From: Lama glama
Lineage: Eukaryota
Direction: 5' to 3'
Assembly (NCBI GenBank): GCA_028534125.1
Contig: CM052816.1
Coordinates: 15,440,001-15,500,000 of the forward strand
DNA length: 60,000 nucleotides
The position numbers and the translations under genes were made by a program. Below, piece by piece: positions 34,222 through 45,900 of the stretch (position 1 is the first letter of the stretch; the number at the start of each line of letters is the position of its first letter). Below the pieces are notes generated by a model. That model did not search any database. It was not told the DNA's origin and saw only the letters and a list, made by a program, of their open reading frames with translations.

Positions 34222-37171
34222 TATAGTAGTATGTCATCTGTATGTCATGGTAATTTCATTTCTTCCTTTCCAATTTGGATGCCTTTTATTTATTTTTCTT
34301 GCTGAATTGTTCTAGTGAGACTTCTAAAGTTATGTTGAAAGAAGTTGTGAGAATGGGCATCTTTGTCTTGTCCCTGATGTTAGCTGTGGGCTTGTCTATA
34401 TGGCCTCTATTATATTGAGGTACGTTCCCTCTACATCTGCTTTGTTGAGAGTTTTTAGCATAAATGGATGTTGAATTTTGTCCTTCCTTTTTTCCATCTG
34501 TTGATATGATCTTATGATTTTTATTCTCTATTTTGTTAACGTGGTGTATCATACTGACTGATTTGCAGATGTTGAACCATCCTTGCATCCCTGGAATACA
34601 TCCCGCTTGATCATGGTGTATGATTCTTTTAATGTATTGTTGTATTTGGTTTGCTGATTTTGTTGAGGGTTTTTGCATCTGTATTCATCAGGGATACTGG
34701 CCAGTAATTTTGTTGTGGCATCGTTGTCTGGTTTTGGTTTCAGGGTAATTCTGGCCTCATAAAATGAATTTGAATAAGTTCCCTCCTCTTCCATTTTTTG
34801 GAAGAGTTTTAGAAGGATTGCTATTAATTCATTAAATGTTTGGTAGACACATGACCAGCAGTTCCACTCTTGGGTATATATCCGAAAAAAGCAAAAACTC
34901 TAATTCTGTGTCTGTGTTTTCCTTACATCTAAAGGGAGTCTCTTCTAGGCAGCACGTAAATGGGTTGTATGTGTTTTTTTAATCCATTCAGCCATTCTGT
35001 CTTTTAGAGATTTTAGTCCACTTACATTTAAAGTAATTCTTAATAGGTATGTACTTATTGACATTTTGTTGGTTGTTATTGGCTGTTTTTGTAGTTCTGT
35101 CTATTTTTTGCTTCTCTTGGTCTCTTCCTTTGTGGTTTGGTGACTTTCTTTAGTTGTATGTTTATATTCCTTTCTCTTTATATTTTGTGTATGTACTGTA
35201 GGTCTTGGTTTTGTGGTTACCATGAGGCTTACATTCAACAACATATCTATAAGAGTCTATTTTAAGTTGATAACAAGTTAAGTTTGATTCCTTTGTAAAG
35301 CTCAACATTATTCCCCCTGTAATGTTTTTTGTTTTTTTAAAAAATTAAATCTATAAATTGCTTTAGGTAGTATGGATACTTCAGCAATATTAATTCTTCC
35401 AATCTGAGAGCACAGGATAGTTTTCCATTTTTGGAATCATCTTAAGTTACCTTTATCAATGTTGTATAGTTCTCAGGATACAAATCTTTCTACCTTCTTG
35501 GTCAGGTTTATTCCTAAGTATTTTTTTTTTTAATGTGGTTTTAAAAGGGATTTTTTTTTTTTGCTTTTCCTTTCTGATATTTCATTGTTAGTGTAAAGAA
35601 ATGCAACAGATTTCTTTGTTAAATTTATTTATTTTTTATTTTTCAGTATTATTAGGTAGAATTGTTACAATTTACACATATACAATATATTGCATGTAAA
35701 TACATATATACAATATACTGCACATTTTTTTTTTAGTTTACATACATATACTGATTGTTTCTAAGAACAGTGTAGAGCTTTAGCCTTTTATTTATTTTTT
35801 TTTTATTGAAGTACCATCATTTACAGTGTGTCAATTTCTGGTGTACAGCACAATGTCCCAGTCATGGATATAAATATATATATATATTCATTTTTATATT
35901 TTTTTCATTAGAGGTTATTACAAGATATTGAACATAGTTCACAGTGCTATACAGCAGGAACTTTTTTTAAAATCTATTTTTATATATAGTGGCTAACATT
36001 TGTAAATCTCAAACTCCCAAATTTATCCCTTCCCACCCACTTTGCCCAGTAACCATAAGATTATTTACTATGTCTACAAGTCTGTTACTGTTTTGTAGAT
36101 GAATTCATAGTGTCCTTTCTTTTTTTTTTTAGTTTCCACGTATGAGTGATATCATATGGTATTTTTCTTTCTCTTTCTGGCTTCACATAGAATGACAATC
36201 TCTAGGTCCTTCCATGTTGCTGCAAATGACATTATTTTATTCTTTTTTATGGCTGAGTAGTATTTCATTGTATGTGTATGTGTGTACGTATATACCTACA
36301 TTCATACACACATATATACATACATTTATGTATGTATGTACACCCCCCACACACACACACTTCTTCTTTATCCAGTCAACTGTTGATGGACATTTGGGTT
36401 GTTCCCATGTCTTGGTTGTTGTAAATAGTGCTGCTATCAACATTGGGGTGCATGTGTCTTTTTCAATTATATTTTTCTCCAGGTACATGCCCAGGAGTGG
36501 GATTGCTGGATCACATGGTTAGTCTATTTTTAGTTTTTTAAGGAACCTCCATGCTGTCCTCCATAGTGGTTGCACCAATCTACACCCCCACCAGTAACAG
36601 AGGGTTCCCTGTTCTCCACACCCTCTCCAGCATTGATCGTTTGTAGACTTTTTAATGATGGCCGTTCTGGCTGGTGTGAGGTGATACCTCATTGTAGTTT
36701 TGATTTGCATTTCTCTGATGATTGGTGATACTGAGCATTTTTTCATGTGCCTATTGGCTGTTTGTATGTCTTCACTGAAGAAGTGCTTGCTTAGGTCTTC
36801 TGCCCATTTTTGGATTGGTGTTTTTGTTTTTTTCTTATTAAGTTGTATGAGCTGTTTATATATGCTAGAAGTTAAGCCTTTGTCAGTCACATCATTTGCA
36901 AGTATTTTCTCCCATTCCGTAGGTTGCCTTTTTGTTTTGCTTATGGTTTCCTTTGCTGTGCAAAAGCTTGTAAGTTTAATTAGGTCCCATTTGTTTATTT
37001 TTGCTCTTATTTCTATTGCCTGGGTAGATTGCCCTAGAAGAACATTGTTAAGATTTGTCAGAGAATGTTTTGCCTATGTTTTCTTCTAGAAGATTTATTG
37101 TGTTGTGTCTTACATTTAAGTCTTTAGGCCATTTTGAGTTTATTTTTATGTATGGAGTGAGTGAGTGTTCT

Positions 37172-37440
37172 TTTTTTTTTAACATTTTTTATTGATTTTA
37201 ATCATTTTACAATGTGTCAAATTCTAGTGTTCAGCACAATTTTTCAGTCATACATGGACATATACACACTTATTATCACATTTTTTCCTCTGTGAGCTAC
37301 CATAAGATTTTGTGTATCTTTCTCTGTGCTATACAGTATAATCTTTTTTTAACATTTTTTATTGATTTATAATCATTTTACAATGTTGTGTATACAGTAT
37401 AATCTTGTTTATCTGTTCTACAATTTTGAAATCCCAGTCG
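37172..37440 (-). mobile_element. Young L1 3' end nested in L1 ORF2
   Basis: TSD gagtgttct at 37163-37171 and 37441-37449; same 3' terminus as the L1 at 12945. Confidence 0.88.
37346..37390 (-). mobile_element. 45-bp L1 3' end nested within the previous element
   Basis: 16-bp TSD tatacagtataatctt at 37330-37345 and 37391-37406. Confidence 0.85.
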
Positions 37441-40400
37441 GAGTGTTCTAACTTCATAGATTTACATGCTGCTCTCCAGTTTTCCCAACACCACTTGCTG
37501 AAGAGACTGTCTTTTCTCCATTGTATATTCTTGCCTTCTTTGTTGAAGATTAATTGACCATAGGTCTGTGGGTTTATTTCTGGGCTCTATATTCTGTTGA
37601 TCCATATGTCTGTTTTTATGCCAGTACCACGCTGTTTTGATTATGGTAGCTTTGTAGTCTGAAGTCTAGAAGGGTTATTCCTCCAGCTTCGTTCTTTTTC
37701 TTCAGTATTGCTTTGGCAATTTTGGTTTTTTGTGATTACATATAAATTATAAATTTTAGGATTGTTTCTTATAGCTCTGTGAAAAATGACCTGGGTAATT
37801 AGGGATCACATTAAATCTGTAGATTGCCTTGGGCACTATGGCCATTTTAACAGTATTGATTCTTCCAATCCAAGAGCATGGGATATCTTTCCCTTTCTTT
37901 AAGTAATCTTTAATTTCCTTAATCAGCGTTTTGTAGTTCTCCATGTATAAATCTTTCATCTCCTTGGTGAGATGTATTCCTAAGTATTTTATTGTTTTGG
38001 ATGCGATTTTAAAAGGGATTGTGTCTTTACTTTCTTTTCCTGCTAATGCATTGTTAGTGTAAAGAAATGCAACTGATTTGTGTATGTCAATCTTGTATTC
38101 TGCTACCTTGCTGAATTCTTTTTATCAGCTCTAGTAGTTTATGTGTGGAGCTTTTAGAGTTTTCTATATATAGTATCATATCATCCGCATATAGTGACAG
38201 TTTTATCTCTTCTTGTCCAATTTGGATCTCTTTTATTTCTTGTTCTTGCCTGATTGCTCTGGCTAGGACTTCCAAGACTATGCTGAATAGAAGTGGTGAG
38301 AGTGGGCATCCTTGTCTTGTTCCAGATTTTAGTGGGAAGGCTGTCGGTTTTTCAGCATTGAGTATTATGCTGGCTGTGGTTTTGTCATAAATAGCTTTTA
38401 TTATGTTGACATATGTTCCCTCTATACCCATTTTGGTAAGAGTTTATATCATAAATGGGTGTTGAATTTTATCGAATGCTTTTTCTGCATCTATTGAGGT
38501 GATCATGTGGTTTTTGTCATTTCTTTTGTGGATGTGGTGTATCACAGTGGTCGATATGGATATATTGAACCATCCTTGTGTCCTTGGGATGAATCCAGCT
38601 TGATCATGGTGTATGATCTTTTATATGTGTTGTTGGATTCTGTTTGCTAATATTTTGTTGAGAACTTTTGCATATATGTTCATCAGTGATATTGGCCTGT
38701 AATTTTCTTTTTCGTAGTGTCTTTGTCGGTTTAGGTATCAGGGTGATGGTGGCTTAGTAGAATGAGTTTGGGAGTACTCCCTCCTTTTCAGTCTCTTGGA
38801 AGAATTTGAGAAGGACCAGAAGAGTTCTTTTTATGTTTGGTAGAATTCCCCAGTGAAGTCGTCTGATCTGGGACTTGTGTTTGCAGGGAGGTTTTTGGTT
38901 TTGTTTTTGTTTTGTTTTTTGTGTTTTTAAAGATTCTATTTCATTTCTAGTGATTGGTGTGTTCAAATGATCTATTTCTTCTTGATTCAGTTTTGGTGGG
39001 CTGTATGTTTCTAGAAACTTTTCCATTTCTTCTAGGTTGTTCAATTTGATGGCATATAATTGTTCATAGTATTCTCTTATGGTTTTTGTATTTCTGTGGT
39101 ATCTGTTGTTATTTTTCCTCTTTTATTTTTTGTTTATTTGGATCCTCTCTTCTTGCTGACATTCGCCAGCGGTTTGTCAGTTTTGTTTATTACCTTTTCA
39201 AAGAACCAGCTCTTGATTTTATTCATTTTTTTTCTGTTTTTAAATATCTTCTTAATTTATTTCCTATCTGCTCTTTATTATTTCCTTCATTCTATCGACT
39301 TTAGGTTTGTCTGTTCTTTTTCTAATTGTTCTAGGTGTTAGTTTAGGTTGTTTATTTGAAAGAGTTCTTGTTTTTTTGAGGAAGACCTGTATCGCTGTGA
39401 ACTTCTAAAAACTACTTTTCCTGCATCCCATAGATTTTTGTATGGTTGTGCTTTCATTGTCATTTGTCTCAAGGTATTTTAAAATTTCTTTGATTTCATT
39501 ATTGACCCATTAGTTTTTTCATAACATGTTGTTTAGTCTCCACGTGATGGGTTTTTTCTCGTTTCTTTCTGTGATTTCTAGTTTCACGCCATTGTGGTCA
39601 GAAAAGATGCTTGAGATAATTTCTATCTTTTTAAATTTGTTTAGGCTTGTCTTCTGTCTTAGTATGTAATCAGTCCTAGAGAATGTTCCATATGCACTTG
39701 AAAAGAATGCATATTCTCATTTTTTTGGATGTAATGTCCTGAAACTGTCGATTTGATCGTGTTTTATTGTATCATTTAGAATCTCTGTTGCCTTATTGAT
39801 TTTCTGTTTGAGAGATCTGTCTATTGATGTGAGTGGAGTGTTAGTCTCCTACTATTACTGTATTCCTGTCAGTTTCTCCCTTTCTGTCTGTTGATACTTG
39901 TTTTATGTGCTTATGTGTGCTTATATTGGGTGCATATACATTAAAGAGTGCAATATCCTCTTCTTGTATTGATCTTTTTATTATTATATAGCATTTCTTT
40001 TTATCTTTCTTTATAGCCTTTGTTATAAAGAATGTTTTGTTTAATATTAGTATTGCTATCCTTGCTTTCTTGTCATTTCCACTTGCATGAAATATCGTTT
40101 TCCATCCCCTCACTTTCAGTCTATGTGGATCCTTCACCCTGAAGTGGGTCTCTTGTAGGCAGCATTTGTAGGCTCTTTTCGTTTTAAAAAAAATCCCATT
40201 TGCCACTCTGTGTCTTGATTGGAGCATTTAGCCCATTGACGTCTAAGGTAATTATTAATAGAGATGTATTTGTCATTTTAAGCCTTATTTTCCAGTGATT
40301 TTGTATTTCTTCTTTGTTCCTTTTTGTTTTTCCTTTTGTGGTTTGATGGTTTTCTTTTGTGTTATGTTTGTATTTTCTTCTTTTTGGTTTTTCTGAATCT

Positions 40401-40627
40401 ATTATATGTCTTTGATTTGTGTTTATCCTATTTTTTCAGTATGTTAACCTATTACTATATCTACTTGCTTTAGACTGGTAGTCATATAGGCTCAAACACA
40501 TTCTAAAAGAAACTCTACATTTTCTTCCTCTCCTCCAGTTTTTATGATTTTGATGTCCTCTACGTCTTCATGTTTATCCTTTTATTGTTTGCTGTAGTTA
40601 TCAACACTTTCCATGCTTTTTATTTTT

Positions 40628-41009
40628 TTTTTCAGTTTTTTTTTTTACATTTTTTATTGATTCATAATCATTTTACAGTGTTGTGTCAAATTCCAGTGTT
40701 CAGCACAATTTTTCATTCATGGACATATACACACTCATTGTCACATTTTTTCTCTATGATTTATCATAACATTTTGTGTATATTTCCCTGTGCTATACAG
40801 TGTAATCTTGTTTATCTATTCTATAATTTTGAAATCCCAGTCTATCCCTTCCCACCCTCTACCCTCCCCCCCCCCCCCCCCCGGTAACCACAAGTCTGTA
40901 TTCTCTGTCCATGAGTCTATTTCTGTCCTGTATTTATGCTTTGTTTTTGTTTGTTTTTGTTTTTTAGATTCCACATATGAGCGATCTCATATGGTATTTT
41001 TCTTTCTCA
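40628..41009 (-). mobile_element. Young L1 3' UTR fragment
   Basis: Perfect 17-bp TSD ccatgctttttattttt at 40611-40627 and 41010-41026; near-identical to 12957-13070. Confidence 0.92.
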
Positions 41010-41299
41010 CCATGCTTTTTATTTTTGATATCACATTTTACATCTTTTTTTTTTTGTATATCCTTTAGCTAATTATTGTAATCTTAGTTATTTTTTCTAT
41101 TTTTAAATTCCAGAATTTGGTTCTTTTTGTCATCAGTCTTCTTGATTTATACTACCCAATTTTATTTCATAAAAAAAGTGATTTTGTTCTTTTCCTTTGT
41201 CACATTTGAGATTCCTAAATGTATTTACTTTACTGTCATTTTAGGATTAATCTGTTGTTCCCATTTTGTTGGAAGTAATGTCATTTCCTTATTGTGTTT

Positions 41300-44200
41300 T
41301 TGTTTTACACGTATGTAAGTTATACAGAGTAGAACTTACCTGTTTTAGTTGTACAGTTATACATGTTTTGATGAACATATGTATACTGCTGTGTAATTAT
41401 CACTACAGTTAAACTATACAATATATACAACTCCTCGAAACATTCCTTTATGACCATTTGTAATCAGTTCTCTCTTTAGTACCATTCCCTAGCAACTGTT
41501 GATCTGTTTTTTTGTTTTTGTTTTTGTAGTTTTTCCTTTTTAAGCATATTATTTAAGTAGAATCATCATGTGTGTAGCCTTTTGTGTTCGTCTTCTTTGA
41601 GTTAGAATAATGCTTTTGATATCTCTCTGTATTGATGGGTGTATCAGTATTTTTTTTCCATTTTATTGCTGAATAGGATTCCACTGTGTAGTTGTACTAC
41701 AATTTGTCCATTCAGTTGTTGATAGACATTGAATTGTTTCTAGTTTGGGACAATTCTGAATAACAGCCATAAATATTTGTGTACAGTTCTTTGCATAGAT
41801 GTATGTTTTTATTTCTCTTAGGTAGATACCTAGCAGTGGGATTGCTATCTTGAATGGTGAATAATTGATTATGTTCGTAAGAAACTGCCAAACTCTTTTC
41901 CAAAGTGGCTATACTACTTTGTGTGCCAATTGTTAGTCATTCTGTCTGTATAGATTTGCCTTTTCTGGACATTTCGTATAAACAGAATTGTAAAGTCATA
42001 CAATATGTGATTATTTCTCTCTTCTCAGCATTGTGTGTTAAAGGTTAATCTATACTGTAGCATGAATCACTATTTGATTCCTTTTTATGCCAAGTAATGT
42101 TCCATTATATGGCTATGCCACATATTATTTATCCATTCATCAGTTGTTGGGCATCTCAGTTGTTTCCACTTTTTAGCTGTCATAAATAATCTGCTTTGAA
42201 AATTTAGTCAGGTTTTTTTGTATATATATGTGAGTGGTTTTTGTTTTTTTTCTCTTGGTTATATTTCTTGGAGTAGAATTGCTGAATGGTAACTCTGTGT
42301 TTAACTTTTTGAGGAACTGCCAGAATATTTTCCACAGCAGCTATACCATTTTACGTATCTACTAGCAAAGTATGAGGTTCCAACTTTTCCATATCCTCTC
42401 CAACACTTGTTATTATCTGTCTTTTTGATTATTGCCATCCTAGTTGGTATCATCTTGCTTTTACTTGGAATTTATCTGTTTCTTTTTATTTAAAATATGA
42501 ATTTCTTGTGATTGCATGTAGTTGGGTCCTGCTTTTATTTTTATTTTTTATTTTTTATTTTTTTTAAGGGTCCTGCTTTTAAATTCAATTCTGACAGTCT
42601 TTGCCTTTTAATTGGGGTCTCTAGATCATTTACGTTTCTAGTAATTATTACTATAGTTGTAATTATATTTGGATTTAAATCTTCCATCTTGCTTGCTTTC
42701 TCTTTGCCTCATTTATTCTTTATTCCTTTTTTTTCCTGCCTTCTTTTAGATTGAGTATATTTTATGACCCTATTTTATTTTCACTTTTTGCTTATTAGTC
42801 CTTAGTAAAACATTTATTTATTTAGTGATTGTCCTATTTTTTTTACAATGTCTTTAATTTAGTGAAACCTACTTTTAAATAATATTATGCCACTTCATCT
42901 TAATATATTTTAAATCTCCTCAGCATTCTTTTTTTTACATACATTATGAAGCCCAAAGTATATATCATTGCTGTTTTGCTTTAGATCATGAGTTGGCAAG
43001 CTTGTTTTGTAATGGGGCATATGGTAAGTATTTTTGGTTTTGCTGGCCATATGATCTCTGTCACAGCTGTCTCTGTTAACTCTGCCATTGTTGGGAGAAA
43101 GCACATTTGACATTCTGTAAACAAAGGAGTGTGGCTGGTTTGGCCTGCAAGCCATAGTTTGCCAACACATGCACTAGACAGTCAACTATCTTTTAAAATG
43201 ATTAACAATAAGGAAAAAGTTCTTTTTTACTTTTAAAAAAATTTTATTGAGGTGTGCTTGATTTACAATGTTGTGTTAGTTTCAGGTATAGAACAAAGTG
43301 ATTTGGTTATGTATGTGTGTGTCTGTGTTTGTGTGTAGTCTTTTTCAGGTTCTTTTCCACTATAGAATATTACAATATGTTGAATATAGTTCCATGTGCT
43401 ATATAGTAGATCCTTATTTATTTTATACATCATAGTGTGTATAAAACATCTTTTATCTTTATGTTAATTTATCCTATGTCTAGTACTTTTCATTTCTGTA
43501 GAAGTTGCCATATGTTATCATATTCCTTCCATTGGAAGAACTACCTTTAAAATTTTTTATATATGTTTGCTGGAATGAATTCTCTCAGCTTTGTTTGAAT
43601 TTCCCCTTCATATTTCAGAGGTATGTTCACTGTGCATAATGCTGGTTTAATAGCTTTTGACTTTTAGTACTTTGAAAATGTTCTGCCATTGTCTTCTTCC
43701 TTGCATAGTTTGTGACAAGAAGTTTGCTGTAAGTCTTATTTTTGTTTCTCTTAATGCAGTGTGTCATTTTCTTGCTGCCTTCAAGATTTTCTTTTTAGTT
43801 TTAGCTTTTGGTAGTTTAATTATGCTATGGCTAGTTTTGTTTTTTTGGTGTTTATTTTGCTTGTTTTTCTCTGAGTATCTTGGAACTGTCATTTGGTTTT
43901 TTATTTTCCCATTTGTTTTAGAAAATCCTTGTATATTATCTCTTCCAGTGTTTCTTCTCTACTTTTTTCCTCCTCTTTCTGGGTCTTTACTCATGTTAGA
44001 CAGTTTAATATTGTCTCTTATGTCTTGCATGTTGTATCCTATTTTTTGTTTTGTTTTTTTTTGTTTGTTTGTTTGTTTTTTACACCTCCTTTTCTCTTTT
44101 TGTTTTAGTTTGATTAATTTTTATTAACCCATCTTCAGGTTTACTTGACCTTTGCCACATGCGTAATTAGGAACCCTGCAAATTAAATTCTATGCTTGAG

Positions 44201-45900
44201 ATTTTCTGGACCATATAATAGGTTGAATTTGGCCCACAACTCATGAGAATGCAAGCTTATGGTTGCAAATTCTTAGGGGACATTTTTGTTTTTTCGTTTT
44301 ACTCACCACTAAGGTATATATAGATAGACAGGTTTCTTTTATTTTAACCTACTGAGAGACAAGTTTATTTCTTTTTCACTCTTAAAGGTGGAACCCTTTG
44401 GGAACCTGTCTTTAATTGTGGATTTTCTTAATAATATCCTCACTTTGGATGGCACCTAGGTTTTATCTCCTGTTTTATATCCTGTTTCTATGCCAGTATG
44501 GATGCTCACGGTGTATAGGATTCAGCAGAAACTCTCAAGGTGGAAGCTAATTTTTTTGCTTTCTTGCTATCCACAATTCCTGATTTCACTTCATTCTGGC
44601 TCTCTGAAGAATCTTTCTTTTTTTCTTCTAGTTTTATGGAGATATAACTGACAAACAGCATTGTATAAATTTAAGATGTATAGGATAATGATTTGACTTG
44701 CATACATCATGAAATGATTGTCACCTAAGTTTAGTGAGCATATATCATCTGATACAGATACAAAAGTAAAGAAACAAGAAAACGTTTTTTTCCTTGTGAT
44801 GAGAACTCTTAGGATTTACTCTCTTAACAACTTCGTATAAATATATAGCAGTGTTAATTGTATTTATAATGTTATATGTTACATCCCTAGGACTTAACTT
44901 ATCTTATACCTGGAATTTGGTACCTTTTGACTGCCTTCATCCAGCTCCCCTTCCCTTACCCACTGCCTCTGGTAACCACAAATCTGATCTCTTTCTCTGA
45001 GTTGGTTTGTATTTTGTTTCTGAAGTATAGTTGACCTACAACACTGTTTGTTCCTCTTATACAGCATCATGATTCAGTATTTCTGTACCTTTCAAAATGA
45101 TCATCGTGGTAAGTCTAGTTATGATTTGTCACCATACAAAGATAATACATAATTACTGAATGTAGTTCCCATACTGTACATTTTATGCCACTGACTTATT
45201 TTGCAGCTGAAAATCTGTACCTTTTAACCTCCCTGACCTATTTCTTTCCTCTTCCCACCCTTATCCCTTCTGGCAGTGCCCTGTTTGTTCTCTGTGTCTG
45301 TAACTGTTTTGCTATATTTATTAATTTGTTTTTTTAGGTTCCACATAGAAGTGAAATCATACAGTATTTATCTGACTTATTTCACTTAGCATCATACTCT
45401 GGTTCTATTGACGTTGTCACAAATGGGAATATTTCATTCTTTTTATGATTAATATTTCATGATGTGTGTGTCTGTGTCTGTGTGTGTATCTCACATCTTC
45501 TTTATCCATTCATATATTGATGGGCAGTTAGGTTGCTTTCATATATTGGCTGTTGTAAATAATGCTGCAATGAACATAGAGGGTGAATGTATCTTTTCTA
45601 ATTTGTATTTTCATTTTCTTTGGATAAATACCCAAGAGTGAAATTGCTGGATCATATGGTTGGGTTTTTTTCCTAAATTTTTTGAGGAGTCTCTATACTG
45701 TTTTCCATAGTGGCTGCACCAGTTTACATTCCCACTAATAGTGCATGAAGTGTTCCCTTTTGTCCACACTGTGAAATCTTCAATTTATGATTGCTCAGCA
45801 AAATGTAAAAAAAAAATTTTTTTTTTGCTTTGTTGTTAATTGGGAAGAGTGTAAAGGATGTCTGCTCTGCATAATGCCAGTCACAGAAGTCTTACTCAGC
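41300..45900 (-). mobile_element. Cluster of older L1 fragments (3' ends at ~41300, ~43230 and ~44625)
   Basis: Repeated L1 3' UTR/ORF2-end motifs (aagaaactgccaaactcttttccaaagtgg; ggataaatacccaagagtgaaattgctggatcatatgg). Confidence 0.75.
42987..43171. mobile_element. MER58A-like hAT-Charlie element
   Basis: catgagttggcaagc...ggccatatgatctctgtc...ctctgccattg...ccatagtttgccaacacatg. Confidence 0.8.

Larger units (their letters stand above)
31690..35336 (-). mobile_element. Older L1 (3' UTR, ORF2 with internal deletion, upstream part); host of Tigger1 and of later L1s
   Basis: ORF2 peptides in track ([36 protein letters not shown]); sequence appears to resume at ~41027-41100. Confidence 0.85.
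35790..40612 (-). mobile_element. Camelid L1 with near-complete but disrupted ORF2
   Basis: EN motif CCLQETH (39841-40227), [15 protein letters not shown]...YADDMILY (38087-38431), C-terminal Cys-rich CWRGC (36519-36890); many frameshifts and stops. Confidence 0.95.

Noticed and set aside
35790..40612. Active L1 or domesticated reverse transcriptase
   Set aside because: ORF2 is broken by frameshifts, stops and nested insertions; no 5' UTR or intact ORF1.
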